Positions 38,614 to 48,635 of a stretch of 64,000 nt of DNA are shown here, piece after piece. The stretch covers positions 3,584,001-3,648,000 of the forward strand of contig CBDCKW010000009.1 of NCBI GenBank assembly GCA_965218435.1, written 5' to 3'. Origin of the DNA: Truepera sp. GTDB lineage: Bacteria; Deinococcota; Deinococci; Deinococcales; Trueperaceae. Position numbers and translations under genes: made by a program. Every line of letters begins with the position of its first letter. The first letter of the stretch is position 1. The notes under the pieces are model-generated. The model had not been told where the DNA came from. It saw nothing but the letters and a program-made list of their open reading frames with translations, and made no database searches.

Positions 38614-39384
38614 TCAAGAAATACTTTGGCCAAGGCGGTGGCGCTCGAGATACCCCTTCAAACCTTCTAAATCGTCGGTGTTCAGTAGGTCTACCCCGAC
38701 CTCTAAAAGCGTGTCCCAGACCCTTTCGCGCTCCGGCGTTGCGTCGTCCGGCGTTCCCCAAAACCGCAGTTTTTGCCCGCAGCTGTAGGCTGTTTCGACC
38801 ATTTGCTCGAGCTTTTGCCGCTCACCTTCCGGCATGGGGCCGTGACCCGACCAAAGGAAGTGCTTGCGCCAGTTGTCACTAATAATGGGCATCACGCTTG
38901 GGTCGGTATGGACGCCTAAATCAGTGATGCGCCCATCGAGCGCCGCGTAGCGAAGTGGGAGCTTGGCCGCTTCACGGTAGGGAACCCGGTTACCGGAGAT
39001 GATCACGGTGACTGCACCTGGGTGCGCCGTTCCGGGTGTAAAGGTCGTCAGCATGTCGCGGTAAGAGGCCAGTAGCTTGTGCAGCGCAGCGTAACTGGCA
39101 GCAGCCGGGGTTTTAACGTCAACGAACAGCCATAACGGATTGTCAGCAAAGAGAGCGCCCTGTTGCTGCAGATAGTCGTGGAGGGGCCTCAGATAAAGAG
39201 CTTGCAACGTACGCCGAGGCCGCAACTGCTGCAGGTCATGCGCGACCAAGGTGCGCCCAAAAAGGCTATAGACATCGGCTTCGATAAACCTAAAGCCCGC
39301 ATGGAGCGAGCGCCATAAGGGAGGTTGATATTCACAGTCGCGGTGGGCGTAGGCGTGCTCTAGGGTGATAGCCGCAGGTTTCAT
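38614..39384 (-). CDS. PI-PLC/GDPD-superfamily (AIM6-like) phosphodiesterase
   Basis: GFRFIEADV, LVAHD, LFVDVK, VIISGNR, KLRFWGTPD, GVDLLNTDDL. Confidence 0.8.
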   Translation of the reverse strand: MKPAAITLEHAYAHRDCEYQPPLWRSLHAGFRFIEADVYSLFGRTLVAHDLQQLRPRRTLQALYLRPLHDYLQQQGALFADNPLWLFVDVKTPAAASYAALHKLLASYRDMLTTFTPGTAHPGAVTVIISGNRVPYREAAKLPLRYAALDGRITDLGVHTDPSVMPIISDNWRKHFLWSGHGPMPEGERQKLEQMVETAYSCGQKLRFWGTPDDATPERERVWDTLLEVGVDLLNTDDLEGLKGYLERHRLGQSIS

Positions 39385-39432
39385 GTACTGAGCCTACAGC
39401 GGTGGTAGCAACTGGGAGTTCTGACTGAACTA

Positions 39433-39537
39433 GAAGCCGTTTCAAAACCCCTTTTTGGCTGAGGCTAAAAGGGGTTGACCGAGCTGGGCGAGGTAGCTAG
39501 GACGCTCTAAGTCTAAAATCATGGTTGAGACAAGTTT
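39433..39537 (+). mobile_element. MITE-like dispersed repeat, copy 1 (degenerate right end)
   Basis: aligns with the reverse complement of 51315-51423: GAAGCCrTyTCAAAA end and core TTGACCGAGCTrGGCGAG..AG.TAGGACGCTCT. Confidence 0.7.
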
Positions 39538-39809
39538 TGCTTAGAGGGTGCTTGGAAATCCCTTGTCTCTGACGCATTAAATTTAACATTAAGTTCTTAG
39601 AGATACGCTCGACACTGGTATAGGTGCTTCTCAGAAGGTTTACGGCTGGGACTTGACCGCGAGAAAAGTTTGACTCTATGTCCCAAATACCCGCTGGCTC
39701 CGTCCTCTTAAGCAGCGGAAACAAGCGCACCCTACGTGGGACTCGAGCTCGAGTACCACGGCGGTAAAAGTTCAGGTACCTCGGTGTTGTCCTACTTTAC
39801 TCACCCCGG

Positions 39810-41080
39810 CTAATGTACCGAACCGTCAGCGCGAAACGGCTCGAGAAATGGCGCAGTGCAGGCTGCAACGAGGGGCGGGAACGCCGAGAGCAGCAAAATC
39901 TCCCGGTAACCGCCGAAACGCTCGTCGCCGAGGGCAAAAAGAAGCGGTCCCACAGCGGTACCGGCAACCGTGAGGGTAGCGACAAAGCCCTTGATCGAGC
40001 CGATGTAGGTGCGTCCGAAAAGGTGAGCGTAGGCACCGCCGGAGATCGCCCCGCGCATCCCCTGCGCCACGCCTAAAACCGCGCCGTAAACGAGTACCAG
40101 CAGGGGCGTGGTCACATAAGAAGCGAGCATGAGGGCGCTGCAGAGCAGTGCGAGCGACGCCGAGAGCAAAAAGCGGGGTGGCAAGCGGTCCAGCAAAACG
40201 CCGGTTAAGAGGTTGCTGCCCGCTGCGATAAAACCGAAGGGGACGAAAACTGCCGCCGCTTCCAGGCGGTCAATGCCGCCGCCTGCCATGATGTTGTAGT
40301 GATGAAAAATCAGGCCGGTGCCGAGCGCCGCGCCGAAAACGTCGGCGCTTACGAACAGCCAAAACGTCACCGTACGGCGAGCGCGGGCCAGCGTGTAGCG
40401 CCGCTCCTGCACCGCCGCGTCGCTCGAGCTTTGAATCCGGCTGTCCGGTCGCAGCCCGTAGAGTTCGGGTTTACCTCGGTAAAGCCACGCGCCGAGCGGC
40501 AGAATCGTTCCGGCTACGAGTGCGCCCAGCACCATATACGCCGTGCGCCAGCCGAACGCGCCGATCAGCACCTCGATGACAAAGGGAAAGAACGCCGTAG
40601 CGACGGCCATTCCCAGCCCCGACAGGCCGACGGCCAGCCCGCGCCGCCGCACAAACCAGAGGTTGATGACGTGCAAACTGACCAGCCCGAGCGCCCCCTG
40701 CCCGAGTCCCCGAATCAAGATAAAGCCTAAAAGCAGCGTTAGCGGGCCGCTGACTAAGCCCAGCCACACGCAGGAGAGCGCGAACAGCGCGGAGATGATA
40801 ATCACGGCGATACGCGGGCCACGCACGTCAACAAAACGCCCGATAAAAGGCAAAGAAAACGAGCCTATCAGCGTGCCAACCGTGTACATCAAAGACACCG
40901 TGGCCCGCGACAAGCCCAAATCTTGAATAATCCGGTCGAGGAAGATTGACACGCCCAAGGTCTGGCCGGGGGTCGTCATAAACATGCCGAAGGTACCGAC
41001 GAGCAAGATAATCCAGCCGTAATAAACGGGGGAGCCTGCGACGACACGGCTGTGTCTGATAGGAGCGGGGGTGTCGTCAT
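39810..41080 (-). pseudogene. MFS transporter with a 5' homopolymer frameshift
   Basis: body 39810-41006 intact (GRFVDVRGPR); the in-frame SPVYYGW N-terminus has no start codon; ATG 41080 is 1 nt out of frame at the G5 run 41067-41071. Confidence 0.65.
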
Positions 41081-41322
41081 AGAAACCTAAGCGTACGGAA
41101 ATTTTTAGGCAGTACCGCCTATTTGCAGCGTGTATCTCTGCTTAGAAGCATACAGCCGCGATGATACCGTTTGAGTTGCAGCCAAGCGTGTTATAGGGAC
41201 GGTGGTTTGGGCTCGAGCCGTACAGCCACCGGACAGACGTTCAAGCAGGCCGAAAGCTCGCCTTACCGGGGTGCGCCACCAAATCGCCAAACCCGAACGC
41301 TTAGGCGAGGTAAAGTTAATGA

Positions 41323-42531
41323 GTGACTTCAGTTACTGCTTCCTCGGCTACCCCAGCACCTAAAGCCAATCGCCCCGGCCTCCTCGCGGTGACTCTGGCG
41401 CACATTACTGTAGATATGCACACCGGTTCGCTCGTCGTGCTGCTCCCGCTGCTGCTCGCGTCGTTTCACCTCTCTTACGCGTCAGCGGCTGTGATCGTTA
41501 CCGCTAACAACCTCGTCATCGCTGTGGCGCAGCCGTTATTTGGCATCTTCGGGGACCGCCGCGCCCTGACTTGGCTGGTGCCAGCCGGGTGCGCGCTTGC
41601 GGGCGCGGCGATGGTCTCGGTGCTGTTCGTTCCGAGTTACACGCTCGTGTTGCCGGTCGTGATGTTGTCCGGGCTCGGGTCGGCGGCGTTTCACCCCGAA
41701 GGGCTCTCGAGGATTCGGGCAGTCAGCGGCCGCCTCGCGGCGAGCGGCACCTCAGTCTTTTTTGCCGGGGGCAACATCGGCTTCGCCCTCGGCCCGATTT
41801 TAGCGACGGTGTTGACGGTGCGTCTGGGCCGTCCCGGAGTCCTTGTGTTGCTCTTGCCGACCCTTTTAGCCCTCGGGTTTTTGTGGAGCCAGTGGCGCGT
41901 GTTAGGACGGGTCACACCGAAACCGCGCCGTTCCTCTACTGCCGAGACCGGTAGCCGCACCGAGACGGTGAGCGCCGTCGGCTTCTTGATGGCGCTGATC
42001 GTCCTCCGCAGTACGGCGATGGGCGGCCTGCAGACCTTTATGCCGCTCTATTTTCACGAAAACGGGGCGCTGTCCCGGGAGGGTGCCGCGCTGCTCGTCA
42101 CCATTCTCCTCATTTCCGGCGTCCTCGGCACGCTACTAGGTGGGACGCTCGCCGAACGCTTTGGCCGTAAAACGCTCCTGCTCGGCAGTATGGCGGTCGC
42201 GGTCGCCGGGCTCTACGCATTTTTGCACGGGAGCGGATTTTTACGCACTGCCGCGCTCTGCGTGAGCGGGATCAGCATCAACTCGGCGTGGCCGGTCTTG
42301 GTTGTGATGATTCAAGAAGCGATGCCGGGGCAGATTGGACTCGCGTCGGGGTTATCTTTAGGGACGGCTTACGGTGCAACGGGGTTAGGCGTTGCGGCCC
42401 TCGGACAACTGGCCGATGCTCAGGGGCTGGCCTTGACGATGAACGTCATCACGCTCTTACCGATTTTGGTTTTACTGCTGACACTCTTTTTGCCGGAGCG
42501 GGTGGCGCGGCCAGCGACCCTGCTGAGCTAG
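41323..42531 (+). CDS. MFS transporter (Fsr/fosmidomycin-resistance-like)
   Basis: QPLFGIFGDR, GSAAFHPEG, GGNIGFALGP, LAERFGRK. Confidence 0.88.
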   Translation: MTSVTASSATPAPKANRPGLLAVTLAHITVDMHTGSLVVLLPLLLASFHLSYASAAVIVTANNLVIAVAQPLFGIFGDRRALTWLVPAGCALAGAAMVSVLFVPSYTLVLPVVMLSGLGSAAFHPEGLSRIRAVSGRLAASGTSVFFAGGNIGFALGPILATVLTVRLGRPGVLVLLLPTLLALGFLWSQWRVLGRVTPKPRRSSTAETGSRTETVSAVGFLMALIVLRSTAMGGLQTFMPLYFHENGALSREGAALLVTILLISGVLGTLLGGTLAERFGRKTLLLGSMAVAVAGLYAFLHGSGFLRTAALCVSGISINSAWPVLVVMIQEAMPGQIGLASGLSLGTAYGATGLGVAALGQLADAQGLALTMNVITLLPILVLLLTLFLPERVARPATLLS

Positions 42532-43204
42532 AGCTGAACTGCGATCCAGCAGGCGTGGTAGTAACCCCAGGTGGTGCGACCGCGCAGCCCAACATCGGCG
42601 CAATTCAGTACCTTATGGATGTGACGTCTCACTGTGTTCAGCGCGGGCGGGCTACGCCACCGATTTAGAAAAACTGTTTATAGTGCGCATTTTAGGGTGA
42701 TACCCGTGGTGACCAACCGTGCATGTGCTGGATTACCGTAACAGCTGACTTTAGCAACGCTAAGCCCTGCAACTCCAGCTTGCTTACGGCTTCAAAGTTA
42801 AACAAATCATAGCGGGCGCTTCTAGGCTGTTCTATAAAGAGTTCTGGATGCGCTACAACTGCAAAGCGCACCCTAAAAAGACCGGATGTGCTGCCAGGTG
42901 AGACGTGGGTTTAGAAGCGTTTACAAACGGGCGCAGAAAGCTGAATAAGACAACGATGTCTGCTTAGCAAAAAGCAGCGGCATTCCCGCATTCTGGTGCG
43001 CAGACGTGGAAACTATAACCGAGTTTTCATCGGAAATTCGCGTTTCTATCTGAAACACAGTCTTTAAGAAAGGAGTGAAATTTAGGCTTAACTGCCCAAG
43101 CTGCGTAGCTAAGCCTTCCTGTCCGGGTACTTAGAAACTGGTTGGGACCGAGCTGTCTGACGACCCAAACCTGCTTGCTTAAACGCAATTTTAGGAGACC
43201 AAAA

Positions 43205-45229
43205 GTGCGAAAGGTGTACCTGGCCTTGACCGGCCTTTTTTTGTTAGCCGCATGTTCGAGGGATACCGTTCTTGAACCCTTGGCCGTTTCTTTACTTCGA
43301 GGCGAGGACGGATCAACTACGACCCGGCTCTTTCTCGCCTCAAATTCTTTACGAGGCGACGTGAGTTTCTACGTTGACGGCCGTCTGCTCGTCAAAGATG
43401 CCACCGCTCCCTTTGAGACGACAGTTGACGAAACGAAGATGCAACCCGGCACCCACCGCGCCTCAGCGGTCAACCGTCATAACGGCACGCAGCTGCATCT
43501 AGGCAACTTCTACTTCAGGGTCGAAAGCGTAGCTACCCCCTCACTGGGTGGCAGCAACGTGGCGCTCCCGGCTCGCGGAGCCTTTTATTACCCTTGGTAT
43601 CCCGAAACTTGGACGGTTAACGGCAAGCATGTTTTTTATACCCCTACGCGCAGCTACTACCGTTCGGACGAGCAGAGCGTAGTAGACGCTCACGTCAAGG
43701 CGCTAGACTACGCCAACGTGCAGGTCGGTATCGCGTCTTGGTGGGGTCAAGAGACCCACCACGAGCAGAACAGAATCCCGCTGCTCCTAAACCGCACAGC
43801 TGCTTTAGGCTCGAGCCTAAAGTGGGCGCTCTACTACGAGAAGGGCACGAAGTCTCAAACCGAACTTCGGAATGACCTCGCTTACATCAAGGCCAACTAC
43901 GCCCAAAATCCTGCTTATGCTCGGGTCAATGGAAAACCTGTCCTGTTTGTCTACAACACTTCAAACCCATCTTGCGCCGACGCCGACGCTTGGCAGGCGG
44001 CGACGCAAGGCGAATGGTACATAAGCTTGAAAGTTTTCCGGGGCTACCGGACTTGCAGAGCACAACCTGCCGCGTGGCATCAGTACGGGCCTGCCGCAGC
44101 GACTGACCAGCAAAAGGGGTACGCCTACAGCATTTCCCCCGGTTTCTGGCGCGCCGATGAGAGCCGCCCTCGACTCACGCGCGACCTCGGCCGTTTTCAA
44201 AAAAACGTGCAGGAGATGGTGGCAAGTCATGAACCGTGGCAGTTGGTGACGACCTTTAACGAGTGGGGTGAGGGAACCGCAATCGAAAGCGCCGATGAGT
44301 GGGGACAAGCCTATCTAGACGCCCTCCACAAGACCGGGCGTGCAGCCCCGACACCCGAGCCGACGCCGCAACCGCCCGGTACCGTTACGGTGGTGGCCAG
44401 CGGTGATATCGCTTGCGACCCCGCGAGTGGCAACTTCAACGGCGGTGACGGTACCGCGACGGCCTGTCGGCAGAAGTACACAGCAGAGGTCGCCGCCGCG
44501 CAAAACCCCGAGGCAGTGCTCGTGTTGGGCGACCTTCAGTATGACGCGGGTACTCTTGACAAGTTTCAGCGCTCCTACGATTTGTCTTGGGGCAAGTTAA
44601 AATCAATTACCTACCCCAGTATCGGCAACCATGAAGGTGAAGTGAGGAGTAGCGGACAGGGCTACTGCGCGTATTTCGGGGCGGTGGCACACTGTAACAG
44701 CAGCGGCTCCCAAGACGGCGCGGCCTACTACAGCGTTGACCTAGGTGCGTGGCATATCGTCGTGCTGAACTCGAACTGTACCGTTGCCGGGGGGTGCAGC
44801 GCCTCGAGCCCGCAGTATAGGTGGTTGGTGCAAGACTTGGCGGCACACCCGAGCAAATGTACCCTAGCAACCTGGCATCATCCTCGCTTTTCAAGTGGCG
44901 ACCACGGCGACCACACGATGATGGCTCCGATGTGGAAAGCACTGCAAGATGCGGGAGCCGAGTTGGTCCTGAGTGGCCACGACCACGACCTAGAGCGCTT
45001 TGGCCCACAAGATGCCTCGGGACAGGCCGACCCGAAGGGTATCCAGCAGTTTGTCGCAGGTGGTGGTGGCAAAAATCTGTACAGCTTCGGCACTGTCAAA
45101 GCCAACTCGGAGTTTCGCGCCGAGAGCTATGGTGTTCTCAAGCTTACACTGGCCTCCGAATCCTATGCTTGGGCTTTTCTATCTGACACAAGCGCAGTTC
45201 TGGACGAAGGTCAGACGGTTTGTAACTAG
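43205..45229 (+). CDS. lipoprotein: Ig-like domain + GH99-like glycoside hydrolase + Pro/Thr linker + calcineurin-like metallophosphoesterase
   Basis: AGGAG RBS, LAAC lipobox; AFYYPWY, SWWG, TFNEWGEGTAIE; PTPEPTPQP; GDIAC, GDLQY, GNHE, HHP, GHDH. Confidence 0.8.
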   Translation: MRKVYLALTGLFLLAACSRDTVLEPLAVSLLRGEDGSTTTRLFLASNSLRGDVSFYVDGRLLVKDATAPFETTVDETKMQPGTHRASAVNRHNGTQLHLGNFYFRVESVATPSLGGSNVALPARGAFYYPWYPETWTVNGKHVFYTPTRSYYRSDEQSVVDAHVKALDYANVQVGIASWWGQETHHEQNRIPLLLNRTAALGSSLKWALYYEKGTKSQTELRNDLAYIKANYAQNPAYARVNGKPVLFVYNTSNPSCADADAWQAATQGEWYISLKVFRGYRTCRAQPAAWHQYGPAAATDQQKGYAYSISPGFWRADESRPRLTRDLGRFQKNVQEMVASHEPWQLVTTFNEWGEGTAIESADEWGQAYLDALHKTGRAAPTPEPTPQPPGTVTVVASGDIACDPASGNFNGGDGTATACRQKYTAEVAAAQNPEAVLVLGDLQYDAGTLDKFQRSYDLSWGKLKSITYPSIGNHEGEVRSSGQGYCAYFGAVAHCNSSGSQDGAAYYSVDLGAWHIVVLNSNCTVAGGCSASSPQYRWLVQDLAAHPSKCTLATWHHPRFSSGDHGDHTMMAPMWKALQDAGAELVLSGHDHDLERFGPQDASGQADPKGIQQFVAGGGGKNLYSFGTVKANSEFRAESYGVLKLTLASESYAWAFLSDTSAVLDEGQTVCN

Positions 45230-45344
45230 CTCATTTTGTAACTAGTTCACTGCAGTACGGGTTGGTCGCTGCGCGCTCTTGCGAAAGGGTCTGGGTGCGG
45301 GCGGCCAACCTGTATAGGTAGCGCGCTCAGCGGTGGCTAGAATC

Positions 45345-46013
45345 CTAGCAAAGACGCATCTCGAGCCACCTACCAAACGCCTCTATATCCGGCAGCGTTT
45401 CATACCCAGTACCCGGTTCATTACCCAGGTAAACGACCTGCATCCCGTATGCTAAAGCACCTTTGACATCAGCCTCCAAGTTGTCTCCAACCATCAAAGT
45501 TTCACCCGGTTCTGTTCCCAACGCCTCACACGCCATCTCAAAGATACGTGGGTTGGGTTTACGCACGGCTACGTCCGCGTCCCCTGAAACCAAGATGCGC
45601 TTGAAAAAAGTCTCGAGCCCTACTGCCTGAACTGCGTCACGCTGCATGTCTGACGTTCCGTTGGTCAGAAGCGCCAACGGTAGATTATGGGTTCCGCAGA
45701 AAGTAAGAGCTTGAGGCGCACCGGGTAGCAGCTTCATCTGTGAACAGTAATGGGCCACTGTATCTTCAGCTATTCGCTCTAAGTTCTCGGGTTGAGGTCG
45801 TCCGATTGCCTTAAAAGCCGCCTGTACGGTGTCATAAAAGGTCATCGGACCGTCTTGACGCTCGAGTTGGGTACGGTGAAGCTCGAGCCTCCTCACCTCA
45901 TTTTCTGACAGCCCTAGTTTGTGCCCAAAACGCCTTTGCAGCTCCCCAAAATCCCCGCTGAACTGCGCCAGCGTCCCATCAAAGTCAAAACAGATTGCCC
46001 GGATTATAGACAA
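45345..46013 (-). CDS. HAD-superfamily hydrolase
   Basis: FDFDGTL, LTNG, KPNPRIF, MVGDNLEADV. Confidence 0.92.
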   Translation of the reverse strand: MSIIRAICFDFDGTLAQFSGDFGELQRRFGHKLGLSENEVRRLELHRTQLERQDGPMTFYDTVQAAFKAIGRPQPENLERIAEDTVAHYCSQMKLLPGAPQALTFCGTHNLPLALLTNGTSDMQRDAVQAVGLETFFKRILVSGDADVAVRKPNPRIFEMACEALGTEPGETLMVGDNLEADVKGALAYGMQVVYLGNEPGTGYETLPDIEAFGRWLEMRLC

Positions 46014-46017
46014 CGGC

Positions 46018-47001
46018 TCACCAACGCTGATGCACCTGCGGCGCGATCTTCTCGTCGTAAATGGCTTTGACTTTCGCCATCACCTCGTCTGACAGTGCGG
46101 GCAGGTCGGCGGCGGCGGCGTTGTCCTCGACCTGCTGCGGGTTTTTGCCGCCCGGAATGGCGCAGGTCACCGCGTCAAACATCAAAATCCAGCGGAGCGC
46201 AAACTGCACCAAGCTCATGCTGTCGGGAACGAGGGCACGCAGTTCGTCTACGGCTTCTAAACCGGTCTCAAAATCCACGCCTGAAAACGTCTCACCCTGA
46301 TCGAACGCCTCGCCGTGCCGGTTGTAGTTGCGGTGGTCGTCTTCGGCAAAATGACTGTCACGCGTCATTTTGCCGGTTAAGAGGCCGCTGGCGAGGGGAA
46401 CACGGGCCAAAATCCCGACGTCTTTCGCCTGCGCTTCACGAAAAAACAGCTCGGCGGGGCGTTGCCGGAAGATGTTAAAGATAATTTGCACCGACGCGAC
46501 GCCGGGGTACTCGATCGCCTTAAGCGCCTCTTCAACTTTTTCTACGCTGACACCGTAGTTTTGAATCAACCCTTCAGTCTTAAGATCGTCCAACGCGCCG
46601 AAGACTTCAGGCCGGTAGTAAACCTCGGTAGGCGGGCAGTGAAGCTGCACGAGGTCGAGCGAGTCGGTCTCGAGGTTTTTCAAACTCCGCTCGATAAAGG
46701 CTCGCAAATTCTCAGCGTTGTACCCGTCTGCGGTGTGCGGGTCTAAACGGTGGCCTGCTTTGGTCGGGATGACGAGCTTTTCGCTGGTTTCACGGTTGAG
46801 CCGTGCTAGTAGCCGCTCACTTCGTCCGTCGCCGTAAACGTCAGCGGTGTCGAACAGGTTAATGCCTTCGTCTACCGCCGTGTGCAGCGCCCGGAGCGCG
46901 TCGTCTTCTGAGACTTCGCCCCAATCTGAACCGATGGCCCAAGCGCCGAAACTGACCGTTGAAACTTCAAACCCCGTTTTGCCGAGTTTGCGTGTGTGCA
47001 T
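46018..47001 (-). CDS. aldo/keto reductase
   Basis: FDTADVYGDGRSE, DLVQLH, PLASGLLTGK, IPG. Confidence 0.94.
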   Translation of the reverse strand: MHTRKLGKTGFEVSTVSFGAWAIGSDWGEVSEDDALRALHTAVDEGINLFDTADVYGDGRSERLLARLNRETSEKLVIPTKAGHRLDPHTADGYNAENLRAFIERSLKNLETDSLDLVQLHCPPTEVYYRPEVFGALDDLKTEGLIQNYGVSVEKVEEALKAIEYPGVASVQIIFNIFRQRPAELFFREAQAKDVGILARVPLASGLLTGKMTRDSHFAEDDHRNYNRHGEAFDQGETFSGVDFETGLEAVDELRALVPDSMSLVQFALRWILMFDAVTCAIPGGKNPQQVEDNAAAADLPALSDEVMAKVKAIYDEKIAPQVHQRW

Positions 47002-47229
47002 AGGTTTGCCTCCGCTATCACGCTAACATTCCAGTCTCACGCTGGATTAGAACCTAGTGCTGAATCATCTGTGAAACCGCCGCGAAGTAAAGGTAGCTTG
47101 CAACCTGAGTTGGTTTTCTGAACCGCTAACGGGTTTGCTATGGGCACTGCTGAACCTGTAAAATACTTTCACCCGGCTCAGCGCCCGACGACCAATCAAA
47201 CGTTGTCGGCGAGCGGGCAAGAGGTTCCC

Positions 47230-47610
47230 TTGACAGTACGGATAGATCACGCCATCGTCGCTGCATACGACCGGCAGGCGTCCGCTGCGTTCTTCGCAGA
47301 GGTATTCGGCCTTGCACAGCCTACCGAGTGGGGGCCGTTTAGCACGGTTTTACTCGGCGACGGTGCGCACCTGCATTTTGCAGAGCCGCCCGGGGTTACA
47401 GACGTCCAGTTCCAGCATTATGCATTTAAGGTAGATGATCGGCATTTTGACGAAATTTACACCCGGTTACGTGATTTGAAGCTAGAGCATTGGGCCGACC
47501 CACAGATGCGCCAGCCGAACCGGATCAATACCAATCATGGCGGGCGCGGCGTTTACTTTAGGGACGTAGCAGGGCATTTTTTGGAAGTGTTGACGCGCTC
47601 GGAGGTATGA
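47230..47610 (+). CDS. VOC/glyoxalase family protein
   Basis: IDHAIV, QHYAF, GGRGVYFRD.AGHFLEVLT; TTG after GAGG. Confidence 0.88.
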   Translation: MTVRIDHAIVAAYDRQASAAFFAEVFGLAQPTEWGPFSTVLLGDGAHLHFAEPPGVTDVQFQHYAFKVDDRHFDEIYTRLRDLKLEHWADPQMRQPNRINTNHGGRGVYFRDVAGHFLEVLTRSEV

Positions 47611-47813
47611 CCTCAACCTATAAAATTTCTAATAATGCTCTTTGCAACATCTTAGGGTGGGCTTTTTGACTGCTCGAGCGGGTTATGACCTGAACTACTG
47701 AAACGCAAGCCTACAAAACATGCAAGGCTTGCAAGATAAAAACCTGCTGCCAAAAATGTAACTATGAATGCAACCGTAAGTGCAACGGTATTCACACTCG
47801 ACCACCTTCATGT

Positions 47814-48515
47814 TTAGGCTCGAGCGTCCCTTAGCGAGCGTTCACGCTTGGCAAACTCTTTCTGATAGTAGCGAACCCAAAAGCTGATGCCGACGCCGCC
47901 TAAGAGCCCCGGCGCAACCCAGACCGTCCAGGCGAGGTCTGCCGGAAGATGTGGCCCTACATTTTGCACCATAAACGCGGTGACTGCCGCTAGATACGAA
48001 CCCACCATACGCTCGAGATGATACGTCAACCACCAATTCGGTTGAGGGCTCGGACGGCGAAAGCTTTTAAGGTCGGCCCACGCGTCTTTGCTGAGAAAAA
48101 TCCCGAAGCCTACGCCCAAAAGCGAAAAAGCTACCGGGGTTTCACCGTTTATCAAGCCTGTCAGCGGCAACACGCCCCAGACGATAAAACTGACGCCTGC
48201 TAAAAGGGCAATAGACGCCCCTAGCCAGTCGAGCAGCGCGGCGCGTTCACCGCGTTCCGGGTGTTTGCGCCGGAGTGAGCGCACACCCGAAAATGCGCCG
48301 TAAAAACTTAAAATCGAGATGATAAACAAAAACACGTTGGGCCGCACCACGAGGAGCGCGAGTGCGCTCACAAAAATCACAAACATCGCCCAGAAGTAAA
48401 CGCGCCCCCAGCGGCGGTGGGCGGCTCCACCTTTTTGTGTCAGCATGGCGACAGGTGCGACAACTAAGGCCGTGATACCGGCTCCGACGTGTGTAAAAAG
48501 CAGTAGCGTTTCCAT
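47814..48515 (-). CDS. DUF2306-like membrane protein
   Basis: KGGAAHRRWGRVY, HLERMVGSYLAAVTAF; ATG 48515 lies 6 nt after TACCCT. Confidence 0.8.
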   Translation of the reverse strand: METLLLFTHVGAGITALVVAPVAMLTQKGGAAHRRWGRVYFWAMFVIFVSALALLVVRPNVFLFIISILSFYGAFSGVRSLRRKHPERGERAALLDWLGASIALLAGVSFIVWGVLPLTGLINGETPVAFSLLGVGFGIFLSKDAWADLKSFRRPSPQPNWWLTYHLERMVGSYLAAVTAFMVQNVGPHLPADLAWTVWVAPGLLGGVGISFWVRYYQKEFAKRERSLRDARA

Positions 48516-48558
48516 ACCCTTAGGGTAGCGGCGTACAGGGCTGCCGCGCCTGTGCCAG

Positions 48559-48609
48559 AGGTCATGGGGCCGGTAGATAACCGGGCATGACTTCCGGCAG
48601 GGGTCATGA
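48559..48609. promoter_or_regulatory. candidate response-regulator operator (GTCATG/CATGAC repeats)
   Basis: AGGTCATG...CATGACTT inverted repeat plus a third GTCATG at 48603, between the divergent DUF2306 and kinase genes. Confidence 0.45.
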
Positions 48610-48635
48610 GGTTTACAGCGTTTTATACTTCCCTT

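Noticed and set aside
39543..39694. Possible second MITE (GAGGGTGCTTGGAAA ... TCCCAAATACCCGCT)
   Set aside because: The ends match only about 11 of 15 and there is no second copy in the window
42532..43204. Long intergenic region checked for a riboswitch, ncRNA or small ORF
   Set aside because: Only weak hairpins and short ORFs with poor RBS spacing; no recognisable consensus; an Infernal/Rfam scan is needed
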